From: Kribbella sp.
GTDB lineage: Bacteria > Actinomycetota > Actinomycetes > Propionibacteriales > Kribbellaceae
Direction: 5' to 3'
DNA length: 64,000 nt
NCBI GenBank assembly: GCA_035759015.1
Contig: DASTVQ010000068.1
Location: forward strand, 10,526-74,525
Shown: piece after piece, positions 54,856 to 64,000 of the stretch
Layout: each line of letters opens with the position of its first letter
How positions within the stretch are numbered: the first letter of the stretch is position 1
Translations under genes and position numbers: made by a program
Notes under the pieces: generated by a model
Told to the model about the DNA's origin: nothing
The model's database searches: none
The model's input: the letters and a program-made list of their open reading frames with translations, nothing else

Positions 54856-56583
54856 TTGCACCGCTTCACCGTCTGGGCGCCGAAGGCCGACGCGGTCGAC
54901 CTGGTGCTCCCTGGCGGCTCAGCGCCGCTGGAGCGTGCCGACGGCGGCTGGTGGGTTCGTGACGTAGCTGAGGCCGGCCACGGCACCGACTACGCGTTCA
55001 GCGTCGACGGCAGTTCGCCGATGCCTGATCCGCGCAGCGCGTGGCAGCCTGAGGGTGTGCACGGCATGAGCCGGGTGTTCGACTCGGCCCGTCACCCATG
55101 GACGGACTGCCACTGGGCCGGCCGGGACGTGCGCGGCGCGATCCTCTACGAGCTGCACGTGGGCACTTTCACCCCCGAGGGCACGCTCGATGCTGCTATC
55201 GGTCACCTCGATCATCTGGTGGCCCTCGGTGTGCAGATGGTCTCGTTGCTGCCGGTCGCAGCCTTCCCAGGCAACTACGGCTGGGGTTACGACGGCGTGG
55301 ACCTCTATGCCGTTCACGAGCCGTACGGTGGTCCGGAGGCGTTGCAGCGGTTCGTCGACCAGTGCCACTCCGCCGGAGTGGCGGTGTGCCTGGACGTGGT
55401 CTACAACCACCTCGGCCCGAGTGGCAACTACCTCGACTCGTTCGGCCCGTACTTCACCGACCGGCACACGACGCCGTGGGGCCCGGCGGTGAACCTGGAT
55501 GACGAAGGCAGCGCAGAGGTACGCCGCTGGATCTGCGACAACGCGCTGCGCTGGTTCCGCGACTTCCACGTGGACGCCTTGCGGCTGGACGCCGTCCATG
55601 CGCTGGCCGATGACAGCCCCACCCACCTGCTGGCTCAGCTGGCCACTGAGACGGCCGAGCTGGCCGTGCGGCTTGGCAGGCCGTTGGGGCTGGTCGCGGA
55701 GTCGGATCTCAACGACCCGCGCATGGTCGAGCCGGTGAGCGACGGCGGCCTCGGGATGACCGCGCAGTGGGGCGACGACTTCCACCACGCCCTGCACACC
55801 CTGCTGACCGGCGAGCGCGCCGGCTACTACGCCGACTTCGGCACCCCGGCGACTCTGGCCAAGACCCTCACCCGGGTGTTCCTGCACGACGGGTGCTACT
55901 CGACGTTCCGTGGGCAGGACTGGGGCCGTCCGGTGGACCCGGCCAGGCATCGGGGTCATGCGTTCCTCGCCTACACCTCGAACCATGACCAGGTCGGCAA
56001 CCGGGCGCTGGGGGACCGGCCGGACCTGACGCCCGGCCAGCGCGCGATCGCGGCGGCCCTGACCATCACCAGCCCGTTCACCCCGATGCTTTTCATGGGC
56101 GAGGAGTGGGGGGCCTCGACGCCGTGGCGGTTCTTCACCGACCACCCCGAGCCGGAGCTCGCGGAGGCGATCCGGACCGGAAGGCATCGGGAGTTCGCCG
56201 AGCATGGGTGGGACGCCGAGACTGTTCCGGACCCCCAGGATCCCGCTACGAGGGACTCTTCGGTGCTGGACTGGTCCGAGCTCTCCGAGGAACCCCACCG
56301 CCGGTTGCTGAGCTGGTACCGGGACCTGCTCACGCTGCGCGCCGGCAGCGACGACCTGCAGGACGACCGCCTGGACTCGGTCGGGGTGGACTACGACGAG
56401 GCCGGGTCCTGGTTGGTGGTCCGGCGTGGGGAACTCCGGATCGTGGTCAACCTGACCGCCTCGCCACTCTCGGTGCCGCTCGACCACGCACCGTCGTACG
56501 GGGTGCTGGATTTCGACGGAGTGGAGCTGGAACCGGCTGGAATACGCCTTCCAGCCCACGGAGTGGCTCTGGTCACCGCATAG
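54856..56583 (+). CDS. treZ: Maltooligosyl trehalose trehalohydrolase
   Basis: YELHVGTF, WGYDGV, LRLDAVHA, AESDLND, NHDQVGNR, FMGEEW. Confidence 0.97.
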   Translation: MHRFTVWAPKADAVDLVLPGGSAPLERADGGWWVRDVAEAGHGTDYAFSVDGSSPMPDPRSAWQPEGVHGMSRVFDSARHPWTDCHWAGRDVRGAILYELHVGTFTPEGTLDAAIGHLDHLVALGVQMVSLLPVAAFPGNYGWGYDGVDLYAVHEPYGGPEALQRFVDQCHSAGVAVCLDVVYNHLGPSGNYLDSFGPYFTDRHTTPWGPAVNLDDEGSAEVRRWICDNALRWFRDFHVDALRLDAVHALADDSPTHLLAQLATETAELAVRLGRPLGLVAESDLNDPRMVEPVSDGGLGMTAQWGDDFHHALHTLLTGERAGYYADFGTPATLAKTLTRVFLHDGCYSTFRGQDWGRPVDPARHRGHAFLAYTSNHDQVGNRALGDRPDLTPGQRAIAAALTITSPFTPMLFMGEEWGASTPWRFFTDHPEPELAEAIRTGRHREFAEHGWDAETVPDPQDPATRDSSVLDWSELSEEPHRRLLSWYRDLLTLRAGSDDLQDDRLDSVGVDYDEAGSWLVVRRGELRIVVNLTASPLSVPLDHAPSYGVLDFDGVELEPAGIRLPAHGVALVTA

Positions 56584-56686
56584 CGGGCTGTTTGGACGTG
56601 GGTACCTCCGAATCGCTTGTGCGCGAGGTATTGGGTGACGGACCCTCGTGGGGGACCCCCACGCGGCCGTTAACGGGAGGACAGCC

Positions 56687-56875
56687 ATGACAGTCGGAGG
56701 CGTCGACACCTATTACGACTACGAAGAGCAACAGTGGAAGAGCCGGAGGCTGGGAGGCGGGCCGATCCGCCGTGGCCCGGTCTGTCCCGCTCCCCGCACC
56801 GCAGAGCACCCTCCGGTCGAGCGCACCCACGGCCGTGAGCACGACACCCGCGAGGGCGCCGACCGCTCGGCCTGA
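56687..56875 (+). CDS. Small hypothetical protein (62 aa)
   Basis: GGGAGG RBS with well-spaced ATG; no recognisable family. Confidence 0.45.
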   Translation: MTVGGVDTYYDYEEQQWKSRRLGGGPIRRGPVCPAPRTAEHPPVERTHGREHDTREGADRSA

Positions 56876-56889
56876 CCATTCCACCAGAC

Positions 56890-56944
56890 CGTCACTGATC
56901 CGATGACATTTGTACTTGTCATCGGATCGATGACGCGTTATAAC
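56890..56944 (+). promoter_or_regulatory. Sigma70-type promoter with two RheA-like operators
   Basis: TTGTCA-N17-TATAAC (56916-56944); CGTCACT-N5-GATGACA (56890-56908) and TGTCATC-N5-GATGACG (56917-56935). Confidence 0.8.
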
Positions 56945-56991
56945 AGAACTGCGTATTGACACCGATATGTCGATCAGCAGGAGGTGGAACG

Positions 56992-57435
56992 ATGTTGATG
57001 CGCACCGACCCCTTCCGTGAGCTGGACCGCCTGACCCAGCAGGTCTTCGGCAGCGCTACGCCGGGCACCTGGACGAGGCCGAACCCGATGCCGATGGACG
57101 CCTACCGCGCCGGTGACGAGTACGTCGTCGCCTTCGATCTGCCCGGAGTGTCGGCGGACGCGATCGATCTGGACGTCGAGCGCAACGTCCTCACCGTGCG
57201 GGCCGAGCGGCGGCCGACCGCCGTGGCTGACGACGTCGAGATGCAGGTCGCGGAACGGCCGCTGGGCGTCTTCTCCCGCCAGCTCTTCCTCGGTGACACG
57301 CTCGACGCCGACCGGATCACGGCCGGCTACGACAACGGCGTGCTCACGCTGAGGATCCCGGTCGCCGAGCAGGCGAAGCCGCGCAAGATCGCGATCAGCG
57401 GCGCCGAGTCGGACCCGAAGCAGATCAGCGCCTGA
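56992..57435 (+). CDS. Hsp20/alpha-crystallin small heat shock protein (Hsp18 type)
   Basis: [45 protein letters not shown]; AGGAGG RBS. Confidence 0.96.
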   Translation: MLMRTDPFRELDRLTQQVFGSATPGTWTRPNPMPMDAYRAGDEYVVAFDLPGVSADAIDLDVERNVLTVRAERRPTAVADDVEMQVAERPLGVFSRQLFLGDTLDADRITAGYDNGVLTLRIPVAEQAKPRKIAISGAESDPKQISA

Positions 57436-57463
57436 CGGCTCCCGGTCGAGCTGGTGATGGGCC

Positions 57464-57736
57464 ATGTCCGAAGTCCTGCCCGAGCGGTCGCTGGACCAGG
57501 AGTTCTACGACCTGGTCTACGGCGACCCGGACCTGCTCGCGGCTGATTTCGATGAGTTGGTGGCGGCTTCCTGGGGCCGGCCGCCGGCCTCCGACGGCCG
57601 GTTCACCCAGGGCCATCGACCCAGGCGGCCGCGGCACGTCCGAGGCGGGCCACACCCGTCGATCGGCGAGGCGCAGACGCACCCGCGCCCCGCCTGCCGG
57701 TGGCAGCGCGGTCCGCCTCCCAAGACAGTGGCGTGA
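57464..57736 (+). CDS. Hypothetical protein downstream of hsp20
   Basis: DQEFYDLVYGDPDLLAADFDELVAASW core followed by P/R-rich tail ending RGPP. Confidence 0.6.
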   Translation: MSEVLPERSLDQEFYDLVYGDPDLLAADFDELVAASWGRPPASDGRFTQGHRPRRPRHVRGGPHPSIGEAQTHPRPACRWQRGPPPKTVA

Positions 57737-57859
57737 CCACTGGAGCGGAAGGCAGGTGATGCCCTGAACACCTCGCATACCCCCTTGCACCCGACCGTGG
57801 CGGCCCGGCGAAGTGGTCTGACGGGGCGGGGGTCCAAGCCCGCCTGGGTCGGTTGATCG

Positions 57860-58495
57860 TCAGGTGCGGGCGCGGAGTTGCTCGAAGCCGTAGTAGACGG
57901 CCAGCAGGAACTGCACGAGCAGTGTCAAGGGCGCGGAGACGAACGACAACCCGATGGTCGCCGCGTAGACGAAGGTGCCAACCGAGAAGCGCAACACCGC
58001 CCGCCGCTGCTGGGCCGGGTCCAGGTCGTGGTCGATGAGGTGGCGGCTCAGCACGTGCCACCAGATGACACTGAAGGCGATCGCCGCGAGCGTCAGGTTC
58101 GTGCTGTAGACGGCTGCCGCGACATGTGCGTTGATCGAGTCGTCCCGTAGATACGCGGCGAAGAGCTCGGTCGGGAACGGCAGCAGCGCCGTCCACAGCA
58201 GCAGTCCGAGATTGAGGAACATCAGGCCGCGGTCGGCACGCTGGATCAACCGGAACATCGAATGGTGGTTGACCCACATGATGCCGAGGATCGCGAAGCT
58301 GGTCAGGTAGGCGCCGAACTGCGGCCACTCGTGGAGCAGGGCCGGCCACAGCCGCTCGTCCCCCTCGAGCTCGGGCACCTGCAGCTCGAGGACGAGCAGG
58401 GTGATGGCGATGGCGAACACGCCATCGCTGAACGCTTCCAGGCGCGTGGTGTCCGCGAGGTCAGACTGGGTGGTCACGGCCACCCAGTCTGACAC
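57860..58495 (-). CDS. TMEM175 family (DUF1211) potassium channel
   Basis: RLEAFSDGVFAIAITLLVLEL signature, WVNHH, LLPFPT, about six TM segments. Confidence 0.92.
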   Translation of the reverse strand: MSDWVAVTTQSDLADTTRLEAFSDGVFAIAITLLVLELQVPELEGDERLWPALLHEWPQFGAYLTSFAILGIMWVNHHSMFRLIQRADRGLMFLNLGLLLWTALLPFPTELFAAYLRDDSINAHVAAAVYSTNLTLAAIAFSVIWWHVLSRHLIDHDLDPAQQRRAVLRFSVGTFVYAATIGLSFVSAPLTLLVQFLLAVYYGFEQLRART

Positions 58496-58501
58496 CTCGC
58501 G

Positions 58502-58810
58502 TCAACGGGTGGACAGGCTCAGGATCGAGGTGACCGGCGTCCGGCTGGTGTCGAGCGTGACGTCGACCGGGCTCTCCACCGAGCGGTTCACACATCGCGA
58601 CGAACGTGTTGCGGATGAAGCCGTCGACGAGTTCCGGCAGACCACAGCCAGCCTGCCGGACTCCTCGTCGTACGTGGCGACGGCGTCGACGCTGGGCACG
58701 GCGCCGAACTTGGCTATGTCGACAGTGGGCGAGAGGGTCTCGACCCGCAGGACCTGGCCGGCTGCGAGCCGGGACGTGATGGCGAACGGGTGGAAGGTAG
58801 GTTGCCGACG
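58502..58810 (-). pseudogene. C-terminal fragment of a GH51 alpha-L-arabinofuranosidase
   Basis: RQPTFHPFAITSRLAAGQVLRV...VDAVATYDEESG...VNRS; catalytic domain absent. Confidence 0.7.
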
Positions 58811-58869
58811 ACAACGATGATGCCGCCGGCCCCGGACGGTCAAGGCCTCGATGCGCGACCGCGCAGGAG

Positions 58870-59877
58870 CTAGCGACCCACCGTCGACTCGCGTACGTGC
58901 AGCTCGCAAGGAGCGACGATCTCGCGGCGCTCGGCGTCGTCGCCGTTCATCCGTTGGACCAGCAGCTCGACCGCCGTCGTGGCGATCCGGCTTCGCCCGG
59001 GGTCGACGGTGGTCAGCGTGGGCGTGCTGTACTTCGCTTCGTCGATGTCGTCGAAGCCGGCCACGGCGACGTCATCGGGAATGCGGATGCCGTGCCGGGT
59101 GAGCACGCGGATGGCACCCAGAGCAAGGGTGTCGTTGAGCCCCAGCACCGCGTCGAACGTCGCCCCCGACGCCAGCAGCCGCTCCATCGCCTCGGCGCCG
59201 GTGGACCGGTGCCACAGCCCAGCCGGCACCGCCAGCTTCCTCACCGCCCGTACGCCGTACTCCTCCAGCGCGCGGCGATACGCGTCGTACCGGATGGCGG
59301 CGGTGCCGACCTCCTCGCCCGGGTGGGTGCCGATCACGGCGATCCGGCGCCGGCCGAGGTCGAGCAGGTGCTGCACGGCGGCGCGGGTGCCGGCGACGTT
59401 GTCGATCATGACGTGGTCGACCGGTCCGTGGAAGATCCGCTCGCCCAGCAGCACGATCGGCGTCGGCGTGCGGAGCTGCTCGACGTCGTCAGGGCCGAGC
59501 CCGAGGGGACTGAAAAGCAGGCCGTCGACGAGGTGACCGCGGGGGCGCGCGAGGGCGGTCAGCTCACGCTCACGGACGGCGCCGGTCTGCTCGATCATCA
59601 CGGTCAGGCCGTGCTCCTCCGCAGCGTTGATCACCGCGTCGGCCAGCTCGGCGAAGTAGGGCAGGCTGAGCTCGGGGACGGCCAGGCCGATGATGCCGGT
59701 CCGGCCGGACTTGAGATTCCGGGCGGAGATGTTCATCTGGTAGCCGAGGGCATCGATCGAGGCGAGCACCCGGAGCCGGGTGGTCTCGCGGATGTACGGG
59801 TAGCCGTTCATCACGTTCGAGACCGTCTTCGGCGAGACCCCGGCGTGCCGGGCGACGTCCCGCATCGTCACAGCCAA
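58870..59877 (-). CDS. LacI family transcriptional regulator
   Basis: TMRDVARHAGVSPKTVSNVMN, DVAVAGFDD, PTLTTV, LHVREST. Confidence 0.95.
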   Translation of the reverse strand: MAVTMRDVARHAGVSPKTVSNVMNGYPYIRETTRLRVLASIDALGYQMNISARNLKSGRTGIIGLAVPELSLPYFAELADAVINAAEEHGLTVMIEQTGAVRERELTALARPRGHLVDGLLFSPLGLGPDDVEQLRTPTPIVLLGERIFHGPVDHVMIDNVAGTRAAVQHLLDLGRRRIAVIGTHPGEEVGTAAIRYDAYRRALEEYGVRAVRKLAVPAGLWHRSTGAEAMERLLASGATFDAVLGLNDTLALGAIRVLTRHGIRIPDDVAVAGFDDIDEAKYSTPTLTTVDPGRSRIATTAVELLVQRMNGDDAERREIVAPCELHVRESTVGR

Positions 59878-59950
59878 CCCGCGTCACCCCGTCTCGTCGC
59901 CTTCGACTGCTCACGGTAGTGCACGACGTCCCCGCAGGCGGTCCAGCCGG

Positions 59951-60715
59951 TCAAGGTGAATCGAGCAGCCGCTCGATGCGGGTGCGGACGAACCGCCGGG
60001 CCAGCGCGGCACGCTCTATCCGCCACCTCAGCGAGGTCCGGCCCGGCGTCTCGTAGCGGCGCCGCCGGATGTCGTCGATCAGTTCGGGCGGCGCCCCGAG
60101 CGTGGGCAGCACCTCGAGCGCCTGTGCCTTGGTGATCAGCCGGCCGTCCCGCAGCGTGACGCCCGCCCGGGCAACGGTCACCGGTCCGAGGTCGACCCAG
60201 ACCTCGCGCCGCCAGGGCAGGCGTCTGGCCGTCGCCGGGTACCAGAAGTCGCGGAGATCGGCGCGGATGAAGTCAGCCAGCTCGCGGTCCGAGACCGCCG
60301 GGACGACGCCGGCGGGCGCCGGTCCGGACAGGCTCAGGCCGCCCGTGGTCAGTTCACGCCGGCTCACGGGCGACACGGGCCGGTCGAAGAACCTGCCCTG
60401 CGCCCAGGTCGGATGCCGAAGGTGGGTCTCGTGGAGGCGGGCTCGGTCGACGTAGGTGCAGTGCAGCCTCGAGCCGAGGTCGGACGCCTTCGCGAGTCGG
60501 CGGTGCAGGTCACGCAGGCCGGCTCGTTGGACGGCGTCGACCTCGGCCGGCATCAGTGCGATCAGGTCGAGGTCGCTGCGCTGGGGCTGGAAGTCGCCCA
60601 GCGCGAGGGACCCGTGCGCCCACAAGGCGACGATGGGCGCCACTTGCCGGACCTCAGCCGCGAAGTGGTCGAGGAGCATTGACGTCTGGTCGGCGGCCAC
60701 GGCCGACTCTCTCAC
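59951..60715 (-). CDS. Pol-beta superfamily nucleotidyltransferase (aminoglycoside adenylyltransferase-like)
   Basis: HGSLALGDFQPQRSDLDL (GS...DxD), DGRLITKAQA. Confidence 0.8.
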   Translation of the reverse strand: MRESAVAADQTSMLLDHFAAEVRQVAPIVALWAHGSLALGDFQPQRSDLDLIALMPAEVDAVQRAGLRDLHRRLAKASDLGSRLHCTYVDRARLHETHLRHPTWAQGRFFDRPVSPVSRRELTTGGLSLSGPAPAGVVPAVSDRELADFIRADLRDFWYPATARRLPWRREVWVDLGPVTVARAGVTLRDGRLITKAQALEVLPTLGAPPELIDDIRRRRYETPGRTSLRWRIERAALARRFVRTRIERLLDSP

Positions 60716-60748
60716 GGGCCGGGTCGTCGTCCGGCGAGACCGTTTCGT

Positions 60749-61804
60749 TCAGACCGTGGCGGCTGCCCGATCGTCCGGAAGACGACGGCGCTGCACCGGG
60801 TCGGTCAGGACCGGCGGGCGCCACGCGCCGTCGGGGTTGTAGAGGTTGGTGCCGGGCGGCACGATCTCGTCGATCCGATCGAGGGTCGGGTCGTCGAGGG
60901 TGAGCGAGGCGCCCTTGAGCAGGCCGTCAAGCTGTTCCATCGTTCGCGGTCCGGTGATCACCGAGGTCACCGCGGGGTGTGCCACTGTGAAGGCCACCGC
61001 GAGGTCGGGCAGCGAGCAGCCGAGGTCCGTCGCCACCTCGACGAGCTTCTCGACGGCGTCGAGCTTGGCCGCGTTCTCGGGGATCGAGGGATCGAAACGA
61101 GCCGGCGTGAGCGAGGCCCGGCCGGTCGTGAGATCGATCGGCCGGTCCTTGCGGAACCTGCCGGACAGGAAGCCAGAGGCGAGCGGGCTCCAGGTCAGCA
61201 CCCCCATGCCAAGACGCCGGCAGACCGGGAGGACCGAGGCCTCGATCCCGCGGGCCATCAACGAGTACGGCGGCTGCTCGGTCCGGAACCGGCCGAGTCC
61301 GCGGCGCTCGGCGACGTGGTGCGCCGCCACGATCTCCTCGGCCGGGAACGTCGAGCAGCCGAAGGCGCGGATCTTGCCCTGCCGGACGAGATCGGTCAGT
61401 ACCGACAGCGTCTCCTCCAGGTCCGTCGTGTGGTCCGGGCGGTGGACCTGGTAGAGGTCGATCCAGTCGGTGTCGAGACGGCGAAGGCTGTTCTCGACCT
61501 CCGTGAGGATCCACCGGCGCGAGTTGCCGCTGCGGTTGCGCCCCTCGCCCATCTGGAAGTGCACCTTGGTCGCGAGCACGACGTCGTCACGGCGGCCCCG
61601 CAGCGCCTTGCCCACGATCTCCTCCGACTCGCCCGCGGAGTACATGTCCGCCGTGTCGACGAAGTTGATCCCCCGGTCGAGTGCGGCGTGGATGATCCGG
61701 ACACAGTCCCCGTGGTCGGGGTTGCCGACGGCACCGAACATCATCGTGCCGAGGCAGTGGACGCTCACCTCGATGCCGGTTCCGCCGAGAGTGCGGTAAC
61801 GCAT
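60749..61804 (-). CDS. Aldo/keto reductase
   Basis: CLGTMMFG, DTADMYSAGESEE, ATK, DWIDLYQVH, EQPPYS, WSPL. Confidence 0.95.
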   Translation of the reverse strand: MRYRTLGGTGIEVSVHCLGTMMFGAVGNPDHGDCVRIIHAALDRGINFVDTADMYSAGESEEIVGKALRGRRDDVVLATKVHFQMGEGRNRSGNSRRWILTEVENSLRRLDTDWIDLYQVHRPDHTTDLEETLSVLTDLVRQGKIRAFGCSTFPAEEIVAAHHVAERRGLGRFRTEQPPYSLMARGIEASVLPVCRRLGMGVLTWSPLASGFLSGRFRKDRPIDLTTGRASLTPARFDPSIPENAAKLDAVEKLVEVATDLGCSLPDLAVAFTVAHPAVTSVITGPRTMEQLDGLLKGASLTLDDPTLDRIDEIVPPGTNLYNPDGAWRPPVLTDPVQRRRLPDDRAAATV

Positions 61805-61864
61805 GGGTCATGCTCCCTTGATCCGTCGTTCCGGAAAGCCCGGGACTGGCTGTCCCGACACAGG

Positions 61865-61895
61865 ACGCTAGAAGCTAGAGAGCGCTCTAGGTCAA
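61865..61895 (-). promoter_or_regulatory. MerR-type promoter with 19-bp spacer and dyad operator
   Basis: TTGACC-N19-TAGCGT on minus strand; CTAGAG-N4-CTCTAG dyad at 61875-61890. Confidence 0.85.
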
Positions 61896-61913
61896 GCCGT
61901 TATCCTGGCCCGC

Positions 61914-62366
61914 ATGGCGGAGGAAACAGCTGGGCTGAGCATCGGGCAGGTGGCTGAGCGGACCGGGTTGAGCGTCCACGCGCTGCGCTTCTACGAGCGT
62001 GAAGGCATCCTCGCCGACCCGGTCCGGCGTGAGTCGAACGGCCGCCGTGTCTACAGCGAGGACGATCTCGAGTGGCTGGAGATGTGCGTCAAGTTCCGGT
62101 CGTCCGGTATGCCGCTGGACACCATCCGGCAGTACACCGAGCTCGTCCGGCAAGGTCCGGGCAACGAGGAGCAGCGGCTCGCCCTGCTGCGCGGGCACCA
62201 GGAGCGGGTGACCGCCCAGATCCACGAGCTGAACGAGTTCCTGAAGGTCATCAGCCACAAGGTCGAGATCTACCAGGATCACCTTGCCAGGGGCGTCGCC
62301 GACTGTCTGTGGACCCCACCGTCCACCGCGGCGCACGGGACGGCCCCGGAACTCGCCGCCGAGTGA
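61914..62366 (+). CDS. MerR family transcriptional regulator
   Basis: LSIGQVAERTGLSVHALRFYEREGI, NGRRVY; TATCCT -10 seven nt before ATG. Confidence 0.95.
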   Translation: MAEETAGLSIGQVAERTGLSVHALRFYEREGILADPVRRESNGRRVYSEDDLEWLEMCVKFRSSGMPLDTIRQYTELVRQGPGNEEQRLALLRGHQERVTAQIHELNEFLKVISHKVEIYQDHLARGVADCLWTPPSTAAHGTAPELAAE

Positions 62367-62372
62367 GGACCG

Positions 62373-62897
62373 TCAGCCGGTTCGGTCGGCCAGGGTGAGC
62401 TGGCGGCGGTGGAAGTCGAAGTGCCGGGTCGGGTAGAGGTAGATGTCGGCGAGGGTCATGTAGTCCTCGAAGAAGGGGTCCCACCGGGTCGGGTAGTGCA
62501 TCCCGCGGGCGAGATCGAGGTCGGTCTCGGCGTCCAGGCGGTGGTGCAACCTCGCGATGACCTGGTCGAACATCGCGATCAGGCGATCCCGGCCGAGCAT
62601 CCTTCCGCCCAGGTACGACCCCAGGTAGTTCACTGTGTCGAAGGGCCTTGTTCCCGCGTTCAACAAGCGCGCGAAGGCTCGGCCGACGCCTGCGGGCAGG
62701 CGACTGAACAACCGGACCAGGATCAGCAGGGCCCGAACGACCAAGAAGCCGAGCAGCATGTGGAACAAGAGCTGGCGGTTGGTCCACCGGGTGCCGTTCG
62801 ACGGCAGGTCCAGCTCCGCCTCGTGAGCGCGTTCGAGCAGATGGTGGTAGTCCTGCCGAGTCCGCTCCAGCTCGTCATGGATGACGTTCCTGTCCAC
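62373..62897 (-). CDS. DinB family protein
   Basis: SNGTRWTNRQLLFHM, WDPFF, YPTRHFDFHRRQL. Confidence 0.82.
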   Translation of the reverse strand: MDRNVIHDELERTRQDYHHLLERAHEAELDLPSNGTRWTNRQLLFHMLLGFLVVRALLILVRLFSRLPAGVGRAFARLLNAGTRPFDTVNYLGSYLGGRMLGRDRLIAMFDQVIARLHHRLDAETDLDLARGMHYPTRWDPFFEDYMTLADIYLYPTRHFDFHRRQLTLADRTG

Positions 62898-63131
62898 CTC
62901 CACAGTGTCGAACGACGCAGGCTGCCGGCCAAGGTCTGGACCAGCGCCCAAGGGTGAGCGCTGTGAGTGCTCGGTCGACTGCGATGCGTCCCGGTACGGG
63001 AAACCGACGGGTCATCCCGCGTACAACTGGCAGACCTGGGCACCGGACAGGGCATGGTGGGTTCAGACAGTCGCCTCTCCGCCGGTACTGGGGCCGGGAG
63101 AGATCGCGCCGACGCGGCGGAGCCCGAGCAG

Positions 63132-64000
63132 ATGCTGGTAGCCAAGCGGTACCGCCTGGGGGAGCCTCTCGGTCGGGGAGGCATGGCAGAGGTGTGGCAG
63201 GCGACGGACGAGGTGCTGGGCCGCCCAGTTGCCGTGAAGCTGCTTCCGACCTCGGTCGACGACGAGATCGCCGAGAAGCGGTTCCAGCTGGAGGCTCAAG
63301 CGGCCGCGCGGCTGAACGACCCGCACGTTGTGGCGGTGTACGACTACGGCACTCACGACGGCCGCTCCTACCTGGTGATGGAACTGATGGAGGGGCGTAG
63401 CCTCGCCTGCGAACTGAGGGCGAACGGCTTGATGGATGCGGCGCAGGCCGCCGACGTCGGGGCGCAGACGGCAGCCGGGCTGGCCGCTGCGCATGGTGAG
63501 GGAGTGGTCCATCGCGACATCAAGCCGAGCAACCTGCTGTTGAGCTCGGACGGCACCGTCAAGATCGCGGACTTCGGGATCGCCCGAGTCACCGATGCGG
63601 CCGTCGCCGAGCTCACCACTGCCGATCAGATCGTGGGGACCAGCCTGTATCTCGCGCCGGAACGGGCCATCGGCGAACCGGCGGGACCTGAGTCGGACGT
63701 CTACTCGCTCGGCTGCGTGCTGTACGAGTTGGTGACCGGGCGGCCGCCGTTCACCGCGGAGGCACCGGCCGGGGTGCTCTACCAACATGTCGACACGGCT
63801 CCGATCCCACCGGGAGAGATACGGCCCGGGCTGCCGGCGGCATTCGAGGACTACCTGCTGCGGCTGCTGGCGAAGGACCCTTCCGAGCGACCCACTGCCG
63901 AGCAGGTGGCCGAGCATTTCGCCGCCACGACTCCGCTCGTCATTCGTCCGGAGCGGTTCCCCGTGGATGACCGGTCGACGACCATCGCCAATCTCTTCGC
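63132..64000 (+). CDS. Hanks-type Ser/Thr protein kinase (runs off window edge)
   Basis: Own translation: LGRGGMAEVW, VAVK, HRDIKPSN, DFG, YLAPE, DVYSLG. Confidence 0.95.
   Translation, partial: MLVAKRYRLGEPLGRGGMAEVWQATDEVLGRPVAVKLLPTSVDDEIAEKRFQLEAQAAARLNDPHVVAVYDYGTHDGRSYLVMELMEGRSLACELRANGLMDAAQAADVGAQTAAGLAAAHGEGVVHRDIKPSNLLLSSDGTVKIADFGIARVTDAAVAELTTADQIVGTSLYLAPERAIGEPAGPESDVYSLGCVLYELVTGRPPFTAEAPAGVLYQHVDTAPIPPGEIRPGLPAAFEDYLLRLLAKDPSERPTAEQVAEHFAATTPLVIRPERFPVDDRSTTIANLF

Noticed and set aside
50186-56709. Long antisense ORFs (751, 506 and 596 aa) and similar shadow ORFs throughout the window
   Set aside because: They mirror well-supported genes on the opposite strand, a typical high-GC codon artefact, and show no motifs.
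59951-60715. Nucleotidyltransferase as an MNT-HEPN toxin-antitoxin or CBASS component
   Set aside because: No adjacent HEPN or effector gene; length and motifs fit a stand-alone adenylyltransferase-like protein. A resistance function is not established.

Overview
High-GC actinobacterial chromosomal segment (Kribbella/Nocardioides-like by gene content; this is an inference) with about 55 protein-coding genes. I saw no rRNA, tRNA, CRISPR array, transposase or integrase. The dominant theme is a dispersed general-stress/desiccation region: two SigB/SigF-type sigma factors, five ANTAR RNA-binding proteins (four GAF-ANTAR, one STAS-ANTAR), a CBS protein, a stand-alone LigD phosphoesterase, an eRF1-like (baeRF) protein, DUF3618/holin-like/DUF4235/YihY membrane proteins, treXYZ, a TreS-like GH13 and Hsp20. 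About ten of these genes, including both sigma genes, are preceded by a shared GNNT-N15/16-GGGTAC-like promoter motif. The window also holds a five-gene SWIM / DUF5691-like / MoxR AAA+ / DUF5682-like / VWA operon whose largest subunit shows TraB/TIKI-like motifs, two glycosyltransferase loci, a secreted S8 protease, four genes broken by deletions or frameshifts, two long intergenic inverted repeats, a strong G-quadruplex-like tract, and operator sites for MerR, TetR and RheA. All family calls come from motif recognition by eye; no database searches were run.
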